DNA from: Marsupella aquatica
Lineage: Eukaryota; Plantae; Marchantiophyta
DNA: 64,000 nucleotides
Direction of reading: 5' to 3'
Assembly: GCA_973895155.1 (NCBI GenBank)
Contig: OZ316893.1
Span: 22,169,844 to 22,233,843 of the forward strand
The position numbers and the translations under genes were made by a program. Shown one piece after another: positions 22,721 to 35,449 of the stretch. The notes beneath the pieces were generated by a model. The model was not told the origin of the DNA. It saw only the letters and a program-made list of their open reading frames with translations, and searched no databases. The first letter of the stretch is position 1. Each line of letters begins with the position of its first letter.

Positions 22721-23972
22721 GATAATTTCATTCTAAAAAGGAGCACGAATTTTGAACTTATGGTGGTGGGGAGAGGAGTTGCAGGTGCCCCACAGCATGG
22801 CTTCATGTGGTCCCAATTACTGAGAGTGACTACTGGCTAAGTCCCACCTTATCTGAAAAGTAAAGAAGAAAAAGACAAAAGGGCTATCACCAGTTTTCTA
22901 CCTAGTAGTCTAGACAACCCCATTTCTAAATATAACAGGCTCGCAATTTTCTTGTTGTAGTACTATCCATCAAATTTTTCTATGATCCTACTGGTAGGAT
23001 GTTTTAGTCAAATCGACAATAAGCAATAGTGGGGTCTAAAGAAATTATAGTAGAAATAGTAGGCTTTTTAGGATTATAGGATGGGTCTAACCACTAAAAT
23101 TCCAATTAATGGAATTCTTCAACCACTAGCATAGAAAATTCCGATAGGGTCATAGAAAATTAATGGAATTCTTCAACCACTAGCATTGAATTTCTATGAC
23201 CCTATCGGTATTCGACAGTATTTGATAAAAACAAATTTGGTGATTTCTTTTTTTATATTAAGGAAGGACAAAGGTAGCATTACAGAAGTAGCATTAGCGT
23301 TACAGGCTCCACTTTTTCTCATCCACTCATAGTGGACATTAGTGCAGTTTGGTTTGGCTTTATCAATTGTGGGCCCGGGTACTTGGAATTGTTTTAGACC
23401 AAAGCAATCTGGAGGGCCACTTCTTGATCTAACGATAGACTCCAAACCAAAAATCTTTGCATATAAGGATGGAAAAATGCAAATCCCTTGAATGATGTAG
23501 GAATGTTTAGACCACAGTTTTTCTTGGTGACAAGAATTTCCTAGATCCCACCTCTCCAAGATGCTTTCCCCACTTTTGGAAAAAAAATGGCTATGTTTTC
23601 TGTCTTCCATTAGTCAGGTTTTCACCTAGCCACATACCCAATTATAGATAGAATCTAACTGACAGTCATCCTCAAATTTAGAGATATATGACGGACAAAA
23701 ATAATATAGTAAAAGCAGATAACAAATATTCCTAGCATCTTCTCCTTCACACAAGGAGACATTCCCAACACTGGCAAAAAGGAAAAATAAAAATCAAGCT
23801 GGTTTGAACCACCACGAAGTTGGTCTAAAATCATAAAATAAAATATAAAAAACTCATGATGGGCATTTCCTTGAGCCCACTGCTTGCCATGTGGGATGGG
23901 TAGACACCACACCTAGTGGGCCCAGCCCTACTTCTTTGTAAGGCCAACTACAGAATTTCGACTGGTCATAGA

Positions 23973-24555
23973 GTCCAGATTTAATATTGACAGGAGGAAT
24001 AAAAGGAAACAATAGCCCCCAACCTCTTGTAAAGCCACCTAAATCCGAAAGCAGAGTCTTCTTCTAAGCCAGAATTGCACAATTATTTGATAACCTTGCC
24101 ACTAGTAATCTAGCTCTTGGTTGGACAACAGCACACTCAGAGAGGCAGGCTCTTGAGTTCTTGCAAAGCAAACTTCAGCTATTTCCACTCATTACAATCT
24201 CAAAAGAATAAAAAGAAACACTAGCCCCCTCTTAGAAAGCCACCTAAATCAGAAAGTACTTTGTTCTGAGCCAGATTTGCACAATTATTTGATAGCGCTG
24301 TCAGTAGTAATCTAGCCCGTGGTTGGACAACAGCAGCTTAACAGAGGTAGGCTCTCAAGCTCTTGCATAGCCAGCCCATTTTACTCATTATAAGGTCCAG
24401 ATTTAATCTCAGAAAGAATAAAAGGAATCAATGGCACCCAGGTCTTGTAAGGCCACCTACAGTAGATCACAAAGCAGTTTGTTCAGCCAGAATTGCACAA
24501 TTATTCGATAGAGCTAGCAGTGATAATCTATAGTAGCTCCTGTTTGGACAACCAA
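23973..24555. repeat. Degenerate tandem repeat, 3 copies of ~200 bp
   Basis: Recurring GAATAAAAGG..., GCCACCTA, GCCAGAATTGCACAATTATT, TAATCTA and TTGGACAAC blocks. Confidence 0.8.
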
Positions 24556-24876
24556 AAATTCATAAAGGTGCTAGGCTCTGCCAATTAAATACTGGAATTT
24601 CTCCCCCTTTATTCATGTAGGAAGAACTTTCAAACTAGACATAGTCTTTCCAGCAAGTATGCAATATACATATGTAAGGTCACTCGAGCTTTCAGCTGGA
24701 CAGGTGAAGCATAAAAATATTGTACTTTTAATAAACCAAATAAGAAGATTAACATTTGGAGTGTGATCTAACATTTTAAGAGGAAAGCATTAAAATTTTG
24801 TGTAGGACATGGGCTATGGGTATGGCTGCCCAAATCATGGACATATATATATGATGAGGATGAGGGTATAATCATC

Positions 24877-25173
24877 CTCGGGGGTCTCACTATATGGGGA
24901 CCTCCCCATCGCCTGCGACGTTTTTAGGGCTCGGACCCCCTAAAATGTAAGAAAAAAATTTTATTTTTTAACCCCTATAAAGTTGGAATATTCTTGGAAT
25001 ATTCTAAAAATTGGATTAAAAAGGCCCTAATGTTCTTATAAGTCTCAAAATTGAATTTAAAAGACCCTATTGTTCTTCTACAAAAATTCTTAAGTCTTCC
25101 CTTAGAACCAATAAAATGACCCTATCCTTCGTCGCACGTGATATGCCATTTTTGTGGAAGTGAAACCCCCGAG
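24877..25173 (+). mobile_element. hAT-like MITE, complete copy (297 bp)
   Basis: 15-bp TIRs CTCGGGGGTCTCACT / AGTGAAACCCCCGAG (1 mismatch). Perfect 8-bp TSD TAATCATC (24869-24876, 25174-25181). Confidence 0.9.
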
Positions 25174-25867
25174 TAATCATCACCCTCTGATGATGCCAAA
25201 AGGCGGGCAAGAGGCAAGCCAAGGCCCCAGCCAGGGCCAGGAAGGGACCTCAGGAAGGGACCTCCAAGACCTCTAAAACCATCAAGCGCGACCCAAGTTC
25301 CCATTGGAACTTGAAGCCTGCCACAAAATTCTGAGAGGGTGGACAAAAAAGAGCCATTGTCTTTAGGTCCTCTACTGCCAAAAACTATTGTGTAGGCTGT
25401 GACTACCTGGTTCATTTACATTACCTCTAGCTGGATTCAAGAAAAATCATTGCAACAAAGACATATCTAGCAGTACTAGATATATCCTGGAGATAAGGTT
25501 TTCCTTTCTTCATTCTTCACATGTAGTCTCTCATGCTATGGATCCTTTGGGAATGATACATCGCCAATATATTATTCCCCTGTTTTCCTTGTTGGATTTC
25601 ATAAATAATGTCATACTGCATTGAGAAGTAACTTTTTATATCAAGATGACTAGAATATGCTTAAAATTTACACAACCGAATTCTTTCAAGGTTTGCCAAG
25701 CACTCTAACATACTTTTCATTGAGGTCCACAATCTTAGTAATTATTGATTTTCTGAGCAAAGCGCAAAGCGCAATGGCACTATGGTATTGCTCAAGGTTT
25801 TGGATTCTAGCCTGAGTGAATCCTAAATGATGTTAACTAAGGAAATTAAGGTTGGAAGGTTTCCTCT

Positions 25868-26348
25868 GAAATTTACACTCTTCTTTATGTAAATATATAC
25901 TTTGCCACTCTTTTTAGTTTAGTAATTATTTTGCCATCGTTTTCCACTGTTGGGTCAAACCATTTAAGTAACTCTATTTAGCTTGAAGCAATCAGATGGA
26001 CAACATCCAACCAGATTTCCCCAATCAATTGTTATCCATGCATCTCCTCTACCTTAACCCCAACAATCCCTTTCGACCTTTGGTTGGGTGTCTTACATTT
26101 CTCTTACCAAACCAACTCTTGGTTGGCTGCCCCACTCCCCTGTTCCCCCTGGTCAAGGATGGGCGAGGATATTGAGATTAAGTTGACGATGATGAAATCT
26201 CACACAATGTTGACCATTTCATCATTCCAAGATAACCAAAGTTACTTTGCTTGACCAGCACTGGAAAAAGGTGGAATGAAATCATTAAACTAAAAGGAAT
26301 GGCAAACTCTGTAGTTCAACTAAAAAGAGAGGTAGTGTAATAAATTTC
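25868..26348. mobile_element. Old foldback/Mutator-like MITE
   Basis: ~105-bp degenerate inverted repeats (GAAATTTA..CACT..TTTGCCA..TTTTAGTTTA..TTTTCCA.TG.TGG.TCAA..AAGTAACT). No TSD is recognisable. Confidence 0.5.
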
Positions 26349-29300
26349 AGAAGTTTTGTTTGTGAGTTTGGGCCTACATCCCTCTTTGAGTCTTTGTCCA
26401 TTGGACACTAATGCACATCAGGAACACCGTCCCTCTTAGTAGCCAGGTTTAACCTGATGGGCACCTTGATGGCTTGCCGGGCACGTAAAACCATCATATG
26501 ATGGCCCCAAAACCGGAAGTTTGACGTATATTCGCCAAAATTCTCCCGAACTTCCCCGGACCCCCCGCACACTTCCTGGACTCCCCCCGGTCTCCCCCAG
26601 TCCAAAGAGCCGGGCTCCAAATCCGGTTGGGACCGGGTCCGCGTTCGGGGCCCGGGGTGAAGCTCTGGGGTCGGACCCGGATCCTGAACCAGCCCCTACC
26701 TGGCCCACTCCTGCGCCGAGACTCACCCCCCGGACCATACCCGGCCCTCTCCCAAGCCGAGCCCCAACCCGGCCCCTACCCGGGCCTCTCCCGAACCAAG
26801 CCCCGACTCCACCTCCCACCTGGACCCCTCCCTGCTTGGTTCCCGGACCCAAACCGGCTCCCCCCCGGACCCCGGGCAAGCCCACCTGAAACCGGCCCGG
26901 ACCCCATCCCGAACCCGATCATTTCTCAACCAAACCTTTCCTGAACCCGGTCCCAACTCGACTAAACTGCTCCCGAACCCCTCCTAAACCCAGCCCGAAC
27001 CCGGCCCGAACCTGTCCCGCCCTGGACTGCTCCCAAACCAGGTTGACGGTTTGCCGTTTTGCCGGTGTTTTTCGGCCCATTTGACGGGCAAGGTCAAACC
27101 GGGCTTAGTAGTTTTGGATTGCACATGAAAAATACCCATAGTTCACTGACCCCACACTTGTCACCCACTTGCCCATATAGAGTGGCTTGCAAGTGGGTCC
27201 AAAGAATTCTCCTTCCGTTGACAAGTATTGTGTCCAAAGCAAAACATTTTTAAACCAGCAAAATCCGGGACAATTGGCTTGCAACTTGAGTTATAATAAT
27301 AAGCATGTTCACAAGGACAACACTTGTACCTACTCTAGGAAGGCTGCTTGTGGCTCAGATTGGGCCATTTCTGGATTTGTAGTTAGTCAGCAAATAACCT
27401 GGCTAGGTAAGAGGAGTGCATGGCCTCCACTGTCTTTGCGGTAGGAAGTCTTCATATTCATATAACCCAATTTTGAGTCCCAGTGTCATGTTCGGGAAGT
27501 GACCTGAGGCATCCAGGTGACCGGAAGGAAGGAGCCTACAAAACTGTAGAGTTGAGATGCCCTAATTGAACTTTTAAAGTTTTGTGCCCTAGTATTGATG
27601 GGAGTGTTTTCTTCCAGAAAATGGACCGTGGCAGTTTATATGAAATTTAACCGTGCCCACAAAAACGGGGAAAATAACGGTCGGTCGGTTCGGGTCGAGA
27701 AAACCATTGCGCGGTCAGGACCCCCCGCAAACACGTTGGCGCGCGTTTGAACCGGTCACAACGTCACAACAGCCGCCGATCCGCGGGAGGGCCTCTGGTT
27801 GGTACCGGGCAGGATGACCGTGCCGATGGGGGTACAACTCAACTCCAAACCGGGCTGCTGCCCCTGCTCCGAACAAACGGACAGAAAGGTCGCGACGTCG
27901 TAGTTCGCGCAGCGGGCGGCCCAGCCGGGCCGGCTGTGAGGCATGCCGCCGAAGCCGCCACAAACAGTCCATCTTGCCGCCAAAATTTCCGTCCGTCATA
28001 TTCCCGGATTCCTCTGGTTTTTCCCTCTTTCGCCACGGAGGTGAATATCCGTCAATTCACCGGAAACATTCGCAGCGCTGAGAAACTCGTGCTTTTTAAC
28101 GTGTTTTTTTCTTTCCTTTTCTAGCTAAGGTGGCAATTGTAGATAATTATAAGAATGTTTTCTTAGATTAATTTTTGACTATTAGATGTCTCTAGATTTG
28201 AAGATATCCATCAGATGTTGGCTGAAAGTGGTGACAATTTTTCAGAGGTGAAATTGTGCAAAATTTTGCCACTATAAAGAAGACTACCCACATCCCCACA
28301 GTGTTCTTAGCTGAAGGCAAACCTTTGCCAGGAGCCAGTTTTCAAGTTTCCCACAATTTGACAGACCCCACTAGTCCTTAAAATATCCTTAAATCTAGGG
28401 AGATCTAATTGTCTATCATTTACAACAATCCAGCAACTCAGAATTTTGAAGGTTCTTTCTTTTCTTGCAAAGGTGGCAAATGTAGGGAATGCTAAGAGAA
28501 TTTCCTTCTCTGATTTTCTTAGATTAGTTTACTAGGGCTCGATCTCCATAGATTCAAGGATGCATATGACAGTCAAATTCTGGCCCAAAAGCATGGCCAA
28601 ATTTTGCCTTGAAACCGAAAGCTGACCAATCCAACAGAGGATAGACCATCAACTCCGGAGCATGGCCAAATTTTGCTACTAGAGTTTTGCTACCCCCAGC
28701 GTTTTTACAGCTGCAAACTTTTCCTCAACTTGGGCAAAAAATTGCCAGGAGTCAGTTTCCCATTTTGACAGACCCTACAACCTACAATCTGGCAATGATT
28801 CTCAAATCTTGGGAGATCTAAAAATGGGAATTTAATCTAAGAAATAAAAAACCCAATATATCTATTAGGGCATCTCAAATATGGCAAAAAAGATGACCTT
28901 ACGGGCGGCCCGCAAAGCACTTGGGCACACCGAAAGTGGGTACACCCGGGCTGTTTTTGTTGGGGGTAGTCAACATTGAGTGGGGTCGCGGCGCTTGCAT
29001 CGAACACTTGTAAGCCTGACCCTTGACTTTTGAAAGCTAGTCTGCACATTTTTGCCAACCCATCCCTAAATCCCAGACGTGACTGGTCGGGCGCAACATT
29101 TGGTGCCTTCCAGTCAGGATCGTTGGCCCAACCCGGGACAATCTTGGGCATGGTCCCGCTAGCAAAATTTACTCCCTATTAGGGGGTCTCAAAATTAGGG
29201 CCGGTTCATCCTTTCGCGGAATGACCCTCATGTCCATAAGGGTGACCACGGGCTCATTTCACAGGCATAATGTTTTTTGGGTTTTAACTTTTAGATGCAC

Positions 29301-31174
29301 CAGGATACTAGTGCTCCGCTCTCCCGTCGAAGAACCGCACAGTGACATGTGTGCCCATGAAAAAACCCTGTGGTGACAGTGTGCAGACCTGCCCTGGGGG
29401 ATGCTGCACACCTTTATGGCCACGTCCGCCCAAACCTAACTCGGATTGCCGGGAAAAAAGCCACGGCCTATATTTGAGTCCCCCTATTGCATCTTCTCGT
29501 TTATACAATGGAGACATTCGTCACCTTAGCTGACAGGGAAAAACCTTAAAAATCACGAGCTTCCCATCCTTCCGCGCGTTTCCGGTGAAATGACGGACAC
29601 TACCTCTGCCGTGCTCCGGGAGAGAGACGCGTCCCCCTGCGTTCGTGTGGCGTTATGCCGGAAAGTCGTAGTGGCCTGCCCGCCGGGCCCGGCCCGACGA
29701 AACGGTGGAGCCTTTTGACTCTGCGCCTCTGCCAGCCAGAAAAACACTGCACTCGCGGTAACGACAAGACCGAAACGCGTCGAGCAGACCGACCGAGCAT
29801 GTTTCTCATCCTTGTCCTGTCCTGCCCTGCCCTGCCCGGAGGGGCAGCCACCGGCTCTCTCGCCGCTCCGCAGCCTGACCGCGACCGTGACCGCGACCCG
29901 GCCCGGGCTCCCGACCGCCCGTCCGTCCGTTTCTCCAGCGGCTTCTTTCCGTTGTCGTCTTTGGCGCACATCGCGGGCAACGTGCCCACGCGACGGGCAG
30001 GGGGCGATTTCCTGAAATCCAGGATCCTAAGAGGAGAGGAGAGCAAAGTAGTGTACTAGTGTGGTTCGACTTATATTATTGGTAGTGTAGTGATGAGTAT
30101 TGAGTGGGCTCGGAGGTGAGCGAGCAGAGTAGTGTAGCACACACTGCTACTGTAGTAGTTCGAAGAAAGCGGAGTGGTGCAGTGATGAGCTTGATGAGCT
30201 CTCTGCTCCGGCTGAGTAGTAGAGAGCGAGCGAGCGAGAGAGAGAACAGTCCGAACAGTGGCTCAGCGGTCGGACTGAGATCATCCAGAGTAGAGTGGAG
30301 TAGAGTATAGTAGTAGAGGAGTCAGAATTGGATTAGAGAGGTGGAGAAGGAACTGCAGACGCATTTTTGAGTAGTTCTTTGTGGTCTGCATAGCTTGCAG
30401 GTGCTCTGTCTGCCTGCCTGCCTCTGCTCTCGCTCGCTCGCGTGCTGGATTGGATTGTTGCTTGATTTGCTGAGCCGGGAGGCAAGAGCAGCAGTAGCAG
30501 CCAGCCAAGCCAAGCCAGTGGAAGACGACCGATTGATTGATTCGTTGGCTGGATTGACTTGACTTTGGGAAAAGAGCAGAAAGCGGGTGGTTGCTCGTAC
30601 CAATCGGAGTTTGGAGGCTTGTTGGCTCTTGAGCTGTGCAGGAGGAGAATCGTAGCGTCTCGGCAGCTTGGAGAGGAAGTGGACGAGCAAGCTGATGAGC
30701 TGAGCGAGTCCTGACGACGGACAAGCAGAAAGAGTGTAGGCTCTGATTGATTGGATTGTATGAAAAACGGAAACCAAGAAAGTATTCGTTACCCTCGGCC
30801 TTGATTGACTGGTCTTTGGATTGATAGATTCCGTGATTGGATTGGAGGAGAAACGAAACGAGGAAAGGCAAGATTGAGAGGCAGTCGAATGAGAGAGGAG
30901 GGGAGGGGATGAGCGAGAGAGGGAGAGGCGAGAGAGAACGCTTGCATTGTGACCAAGAAGAGGAAGAGGGAGGCGAAGGAGGAGGAGCAAATCGGAGCCG
31001 CGAGAGGGGGAGGAGGATTTCAGGCGCAGCTGTAGCTGCAGGAACAAGAGTTGTGGACCTCAGGGGAGTGGACCTCAGGGGAGGAGATCAACTTAAGCTC
31101 GACAGGCGAGAAGAGGAGCCAGGCTGGGATAATAGGCGGTACCAGGTTTGTGGAGTGCTATACTCCGCAGTGTG

Positions 31175-34100
31175 ATGCGGTGCATGGGCAGATTGTGGGT
31201 GGTGCTGCTGTTATGGAGCTCTCTACTCGGGTCGTTCGGTGCTCAAGGTCCGTTCCCTCGGCTCATTCTCTCGCAGCCCTGCATTCTTCCCCAATCTTCT
31301 TCTTTCCCAAATTAGCGTGTCCCTCTTGTAGGTCCAGCGCTGTAGAGCAATCATGGGAATCCAAAGGATTGAAAATGCGTACTGGGCAAATTGATCCCCG
31401 AATGATTAAATTAAAAACCATCGAACAGGATGAGTGTGACATCGTAAGAGTAGTAAAGTATGAATCTCGGCGAAGGGCAGGGTGAGGACGGGGTAAGCGT
31501 GTTGTCTGAATCTGGGCGAAGGGAAGGGTGATGACATGCTTGAATCAGTTTGGAAGATTGAGAGCAAGCTGTTCCGGATTACAGTTGTGGATCAAGAAAG
31601 GACCATCCGAGGAATGTTGAGGGGTCAGAGGTCGCAATCCGATGCGGATGAGTCCCGCTCAGAAGCAACGCATTCAATTAGATAGCAGGCCCACAGTTGT
31701 AGCGCAGGAGGGGGCGTCTGTAAGGGCATGCTGGTGACGTCAAGGTGGTAGTCAGAGTTGATAGTATGCGTAGGACTAGTGATGCAAAGGAAGAACAACA
31801 CATTCATTGGTCATACTCTTAAAATCTTATCGTAGTTGTCAGATTGGGAGGTGCTTGTTCTGTAATTCCTCATGGCATGGATTGCAACGCAGCTGGGATC
31901 GTAGCATTGGCCATCACGCCAAACTGGCCGTGCCACTTGGCACGGTGACATCGGGCTTTTTGGGACTAGATTGAGTTGAAAATTTGGGCTGTTCGATCCA
32001 GTCCAAGTGTGAGTGTTGTCGTTCATGCTCCTGGGGTGTCGCGTGGTGCCCACAGCCAAGCACTGGCAGATTGCACATGGATTCTAATTGATAGGTGAGC
32101 GATTCTTGGGATGTGATCCGGTATGATGTGGTTGAAAGTACACTTGCTCAGCTGCGTGGGAGTTATGGGAAAGGGTGGACTCGTCACGTAAGTGCTCAGA
32201 GGGGACTCCCGAGTCCCGACAGACTCAGACGGAATTCGACTGCTACTAATCAAGTGCAAAGAATTTAGCTAAAGATTGAGAACTAGATTAGAATTTTCTC
32301 CTCAGACATGAGAGACCTCGAGACCCGGGACCTCGTTTGTAGTGATGCATTTATGTATCCGTTTGCGACGGTACACATCCCTCTTCGCGTTTAGTATTGT
32401 AGTCTGCTACTGTACGTGTACGTTGGAGAACAAGATTTCGTCAGACTCGAATGGTTTTTCTCATTGGAACGGACAGTGAACGGGCATGAAACTTGCTTTT
32501 GAGTTCAGGAAGTACGTGTAGAGAGAGATATTGACATTTGGAACAAATTGGGCATGTTTTCTACCAGGACATCAACAAGGTCAAGGGGAAGATAATTGGC
32601 CATGGTGGGGGGGGTCCCATCCTCCAGGAGTGGGAGACCATCCGCCTGGAGTGGGCCATCATCCGCCTGGAGTCGGGCACCATTCGCCTATCAAAGATGC
32701 CATCTGGGGCTTGCAATCATGGGCAAAGGTCATCACGAAGGACCCACTAGGCATCACGAAGACATGGGTGGGCGATAATCCCTGCTCTAAGGACTATCCG
32801 TGGACGGGGGTTTTCTGTGACACTGACAATACAACAGGGGAGCCAGTTGTTGCTGCCATTGACCTGAATCATGCACAACTCGGTGGGATTATCTCGCCAG
32901 AGCTGGGCTGGGTCGAGACTCTCGCGCTCTTCCACATCAACTCCAATGAATTCGAAGGCACCATCCCGTCAACGTTCAAGAAACTGGGGCTCCTCTCGGA
33001 ACTGGATGTCAGCAACAACTTACTGTCGGGACCGTTCCCCAGGGTTGTTCTACGGATGCCAATGCTTTTTTATTTGGACATCCGCTTCAACAGATTTACG
33101 GGACATCTTCCTAAGGAGGCTTTTGATCTTCCCCTCGATGCGTTTTTCGTGAACGATAATTATTTCGAGGGCACCATTCCGGAGAACTTTGGCATGTCTC
33201 CTGTCTCGGTGGCGGTGTTGGCGAACAACTACATCTCTGGAGGAATTCCCAAGTCAATTGCCAACATGTCGAGCACGTTGAACGAGTTTGTGTTCCTAAA
33301 TAATAAGCTGGATGGCGCACTTCCCTCTCAGTTCGGCTACCTCGACCAGTTGGTGCTTTTCGACGTGTCTTTCAACAATCTGAGCAGCCCGCTGCCCTCC
33401 ACTATTAAGAACTTGCAGAATCTGGCTCAATTTGACATCGCCCACAACAGTTTTTACGGAACTGTGAGCGGGGGCTTGTGTAAACTTCCCAGTTTGGCGA
33501 ATGTGACGATCTCGGACAACTACTTTCTGGGTGAGGATCCATCTTGTGCTCAGCTCGCTTCAAGGGGTGTAATTTTCAATGCCCAAGGAAATTGTTTCAG
33601 TGACTCCGCTTCCTTTCAGAAAGACAACCAGACTTGCACCGCCTTCTACAATAATCTCTACCCACCTTCCCCACCCCCTCCACCTCCTTCTCCCCCGCCT
33701 CCATCTCCTCCTCCTCCATCCCCACCTCCGCCATCGCCTCCTCCACCATCGCCTCCTCCCCCTTCACCGCCCCCACCATCTCCTCCTCCCCCATCCCCAC
33801 CCCCACCATCTCCTCCTCCCCCATCCCCACCCCCACCATCTCCTCCTCCCCCATCTCCGCCCCCTCCCTCCCCACCTCCGCCATCTCCTCCTCCGCCATC
33901 TCCTCCTCCACCATCACCTCCTCCGCCATCTTCTCCCCCTCCATCTCCTCCTCCGCCATCGCCTTCACCGCCACCTCCTTGTCCTCCTCCTTCTCCACCT
34001 CCGCCACCTCCTTGTCCTCCTCCTTCTCCTCCACCACCAGCATTGCCTCCATGTTCTGATTTTTTGCCACCACCACCACCTGAATGGTCCAACCCTCCAC

Positions 34101-34411
34101 CTACATGGCAATACCCCACACCAACGTGGACTGCTTCGCCTCCGCCGCCATCCTGGGAAAACCCTTCTCCTCCACCCCCAATTTGGCACGAGCCTTCCCC
34201 TCCGCCCCCTACTTGGGAAGCCCCTCCTCCTCCAGACGATTGCCCACCACCATCACCGCCTCCTCCATCTCCACCGCCTCCTGTATATGCACCGCCACCT
34301 CCTTGCTCAATGGGTCCAGGGGAGAATTGGCCCCCATATTTGCCCCCACCTCCCCCATGGGTGGTACAGTCACCTCCTTATGGTGCTCCTTCTCCACCCA
34401 GCCACTACTAA
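31175..34411 (+). CDS. LRX: Leucine-rich repeat extensin (LRX/PEX family), 2 exons: 31175 (or 31184)-31247 and 32568-34411
   Basis: Exon 1 encodes the signal peptide MGRLWVVLLLWSSLLGSFGAQ with a phase-1 GT donor that matches the phase-1 AG at 32566-32567. Exon 2 has WVG..C...GVFC, VAAIDLNHA, LALFHINSNEF, DIRFNRF LRRs, a Cys-rich linker, (SPPPP)n extensin and a terminal Tyr. Confidence 0.92.
33660..34040 (+). repeat. (Ser-Pro4)n coding repeat of the extensin domain
   Basis: 15-bp C-rich units encoding SPPPP about 20 times. Confidence 0.95.
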
Positions 34412-35449
34412 GGTTGTGGAATGGAAAAATTCACGGAAGCATCATTAAGCCATTGCAGGTGCCTGCTGCAGAGCTGCACAGGAAAGATGTGGCTTGATAG
34501 AGGATGGCTCCTAAGGTGTATGCTTACCGGGAAACAGTTGTAAGATTGCGGCAGACATAGATATCAGCGATGCAACGGTATAGTTTTTATATGCTGTGTT
34601 AGATTGTCGTGGGGAGGTCAAAAGCACGCCGCCCCTTCTGCTGCTCTGTATTCACTGTGCTGTAATCTAATTAATTTAACTCAGACTCATTCTTTGTCTT
34701 AGAACCCGTAGGTTGATTATTATAAACGATTGTCATTGGAAGATGCTTGGATTTCCTTGTGTGGAGCCTTTTCCACCATTGGTTGTGAGACTACTTCGTG
34801 ATGAATAAAACTCTCCTTACTGCTCGGAGGAATAAACATCAGAATGATCGAGTCCTGGATTTGTGAGATTGTGTTCATTTTCTGGAGAAATTAGGTTCTT
34901 TTCTTTGATTCCAAGAAGACTTGACAAGTTCAGTTCTATGGTTAATGTCACTGAAGCGTGTTCCCAGTGTATGTGTTTGACTCCGAAGGAGTCCGTGACG
35001 TTTTGGTCATTTCGTGCTGCAACACAGCGACGTAATGATACTGCTCGTCTTGTGCCATCTTGCTGTGCTTATCATTGTGAGCTGTAGCTTGCGTGTTAGA
35101 TGATTCGATCTGAAAACATTACCTGTACAGGAAAGCTCTTTTGAACCATTGTTTTTCGTGTATTTGTGGATGGTGGATTTTCTCATCGCTGATGTTGATG
35201 TTCTCAGTCAGGGATTTGACCTGCATGCTAGTGTAGTGGCGTTTAGGCTCAATTTGGTAATCCTGCCCACCTCCCGGTTGGCCCGTCTAACCTCAGAGGT
35301 GTTCGGGGTTACCCAGTTCCGATTTTCTATTTATCCCTTCGGATCTGCAGTTTAATAACATTGCAATTACCGAGTCCATGGCGGTGGGATAAAGAAAGCT
35401 GCCCAAAGGTCCTGAAACGACTCGAGCCAAGCTCTCCACAAATCATCGA

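Noticed and set aside
26436-26956. Pro/Gly-rich ORFs
   Set aside because: By-products of GC-rich low-complexity DNA, with no domain or splice structure.
26406-29313. Possible CACTA element (CACTA...TAGTG)
   Set aside because: The inverted match is only ~6-7 bp and the flanks (GGA, CTC) give no 3-bp TSD.
30281-31175. 196-241 aa ORFs upstream of LRX
   Set aside because: They derive from GA-rich low-complexity leader/promoter sequence and have no recognisable motifs.
33579-34448. Gly-, Glu-, His- and Arg-rich ORFs in other frames and on the minus strand
   Set aside because: They are shadow frames of the (SPPPP)n extensin repeat.
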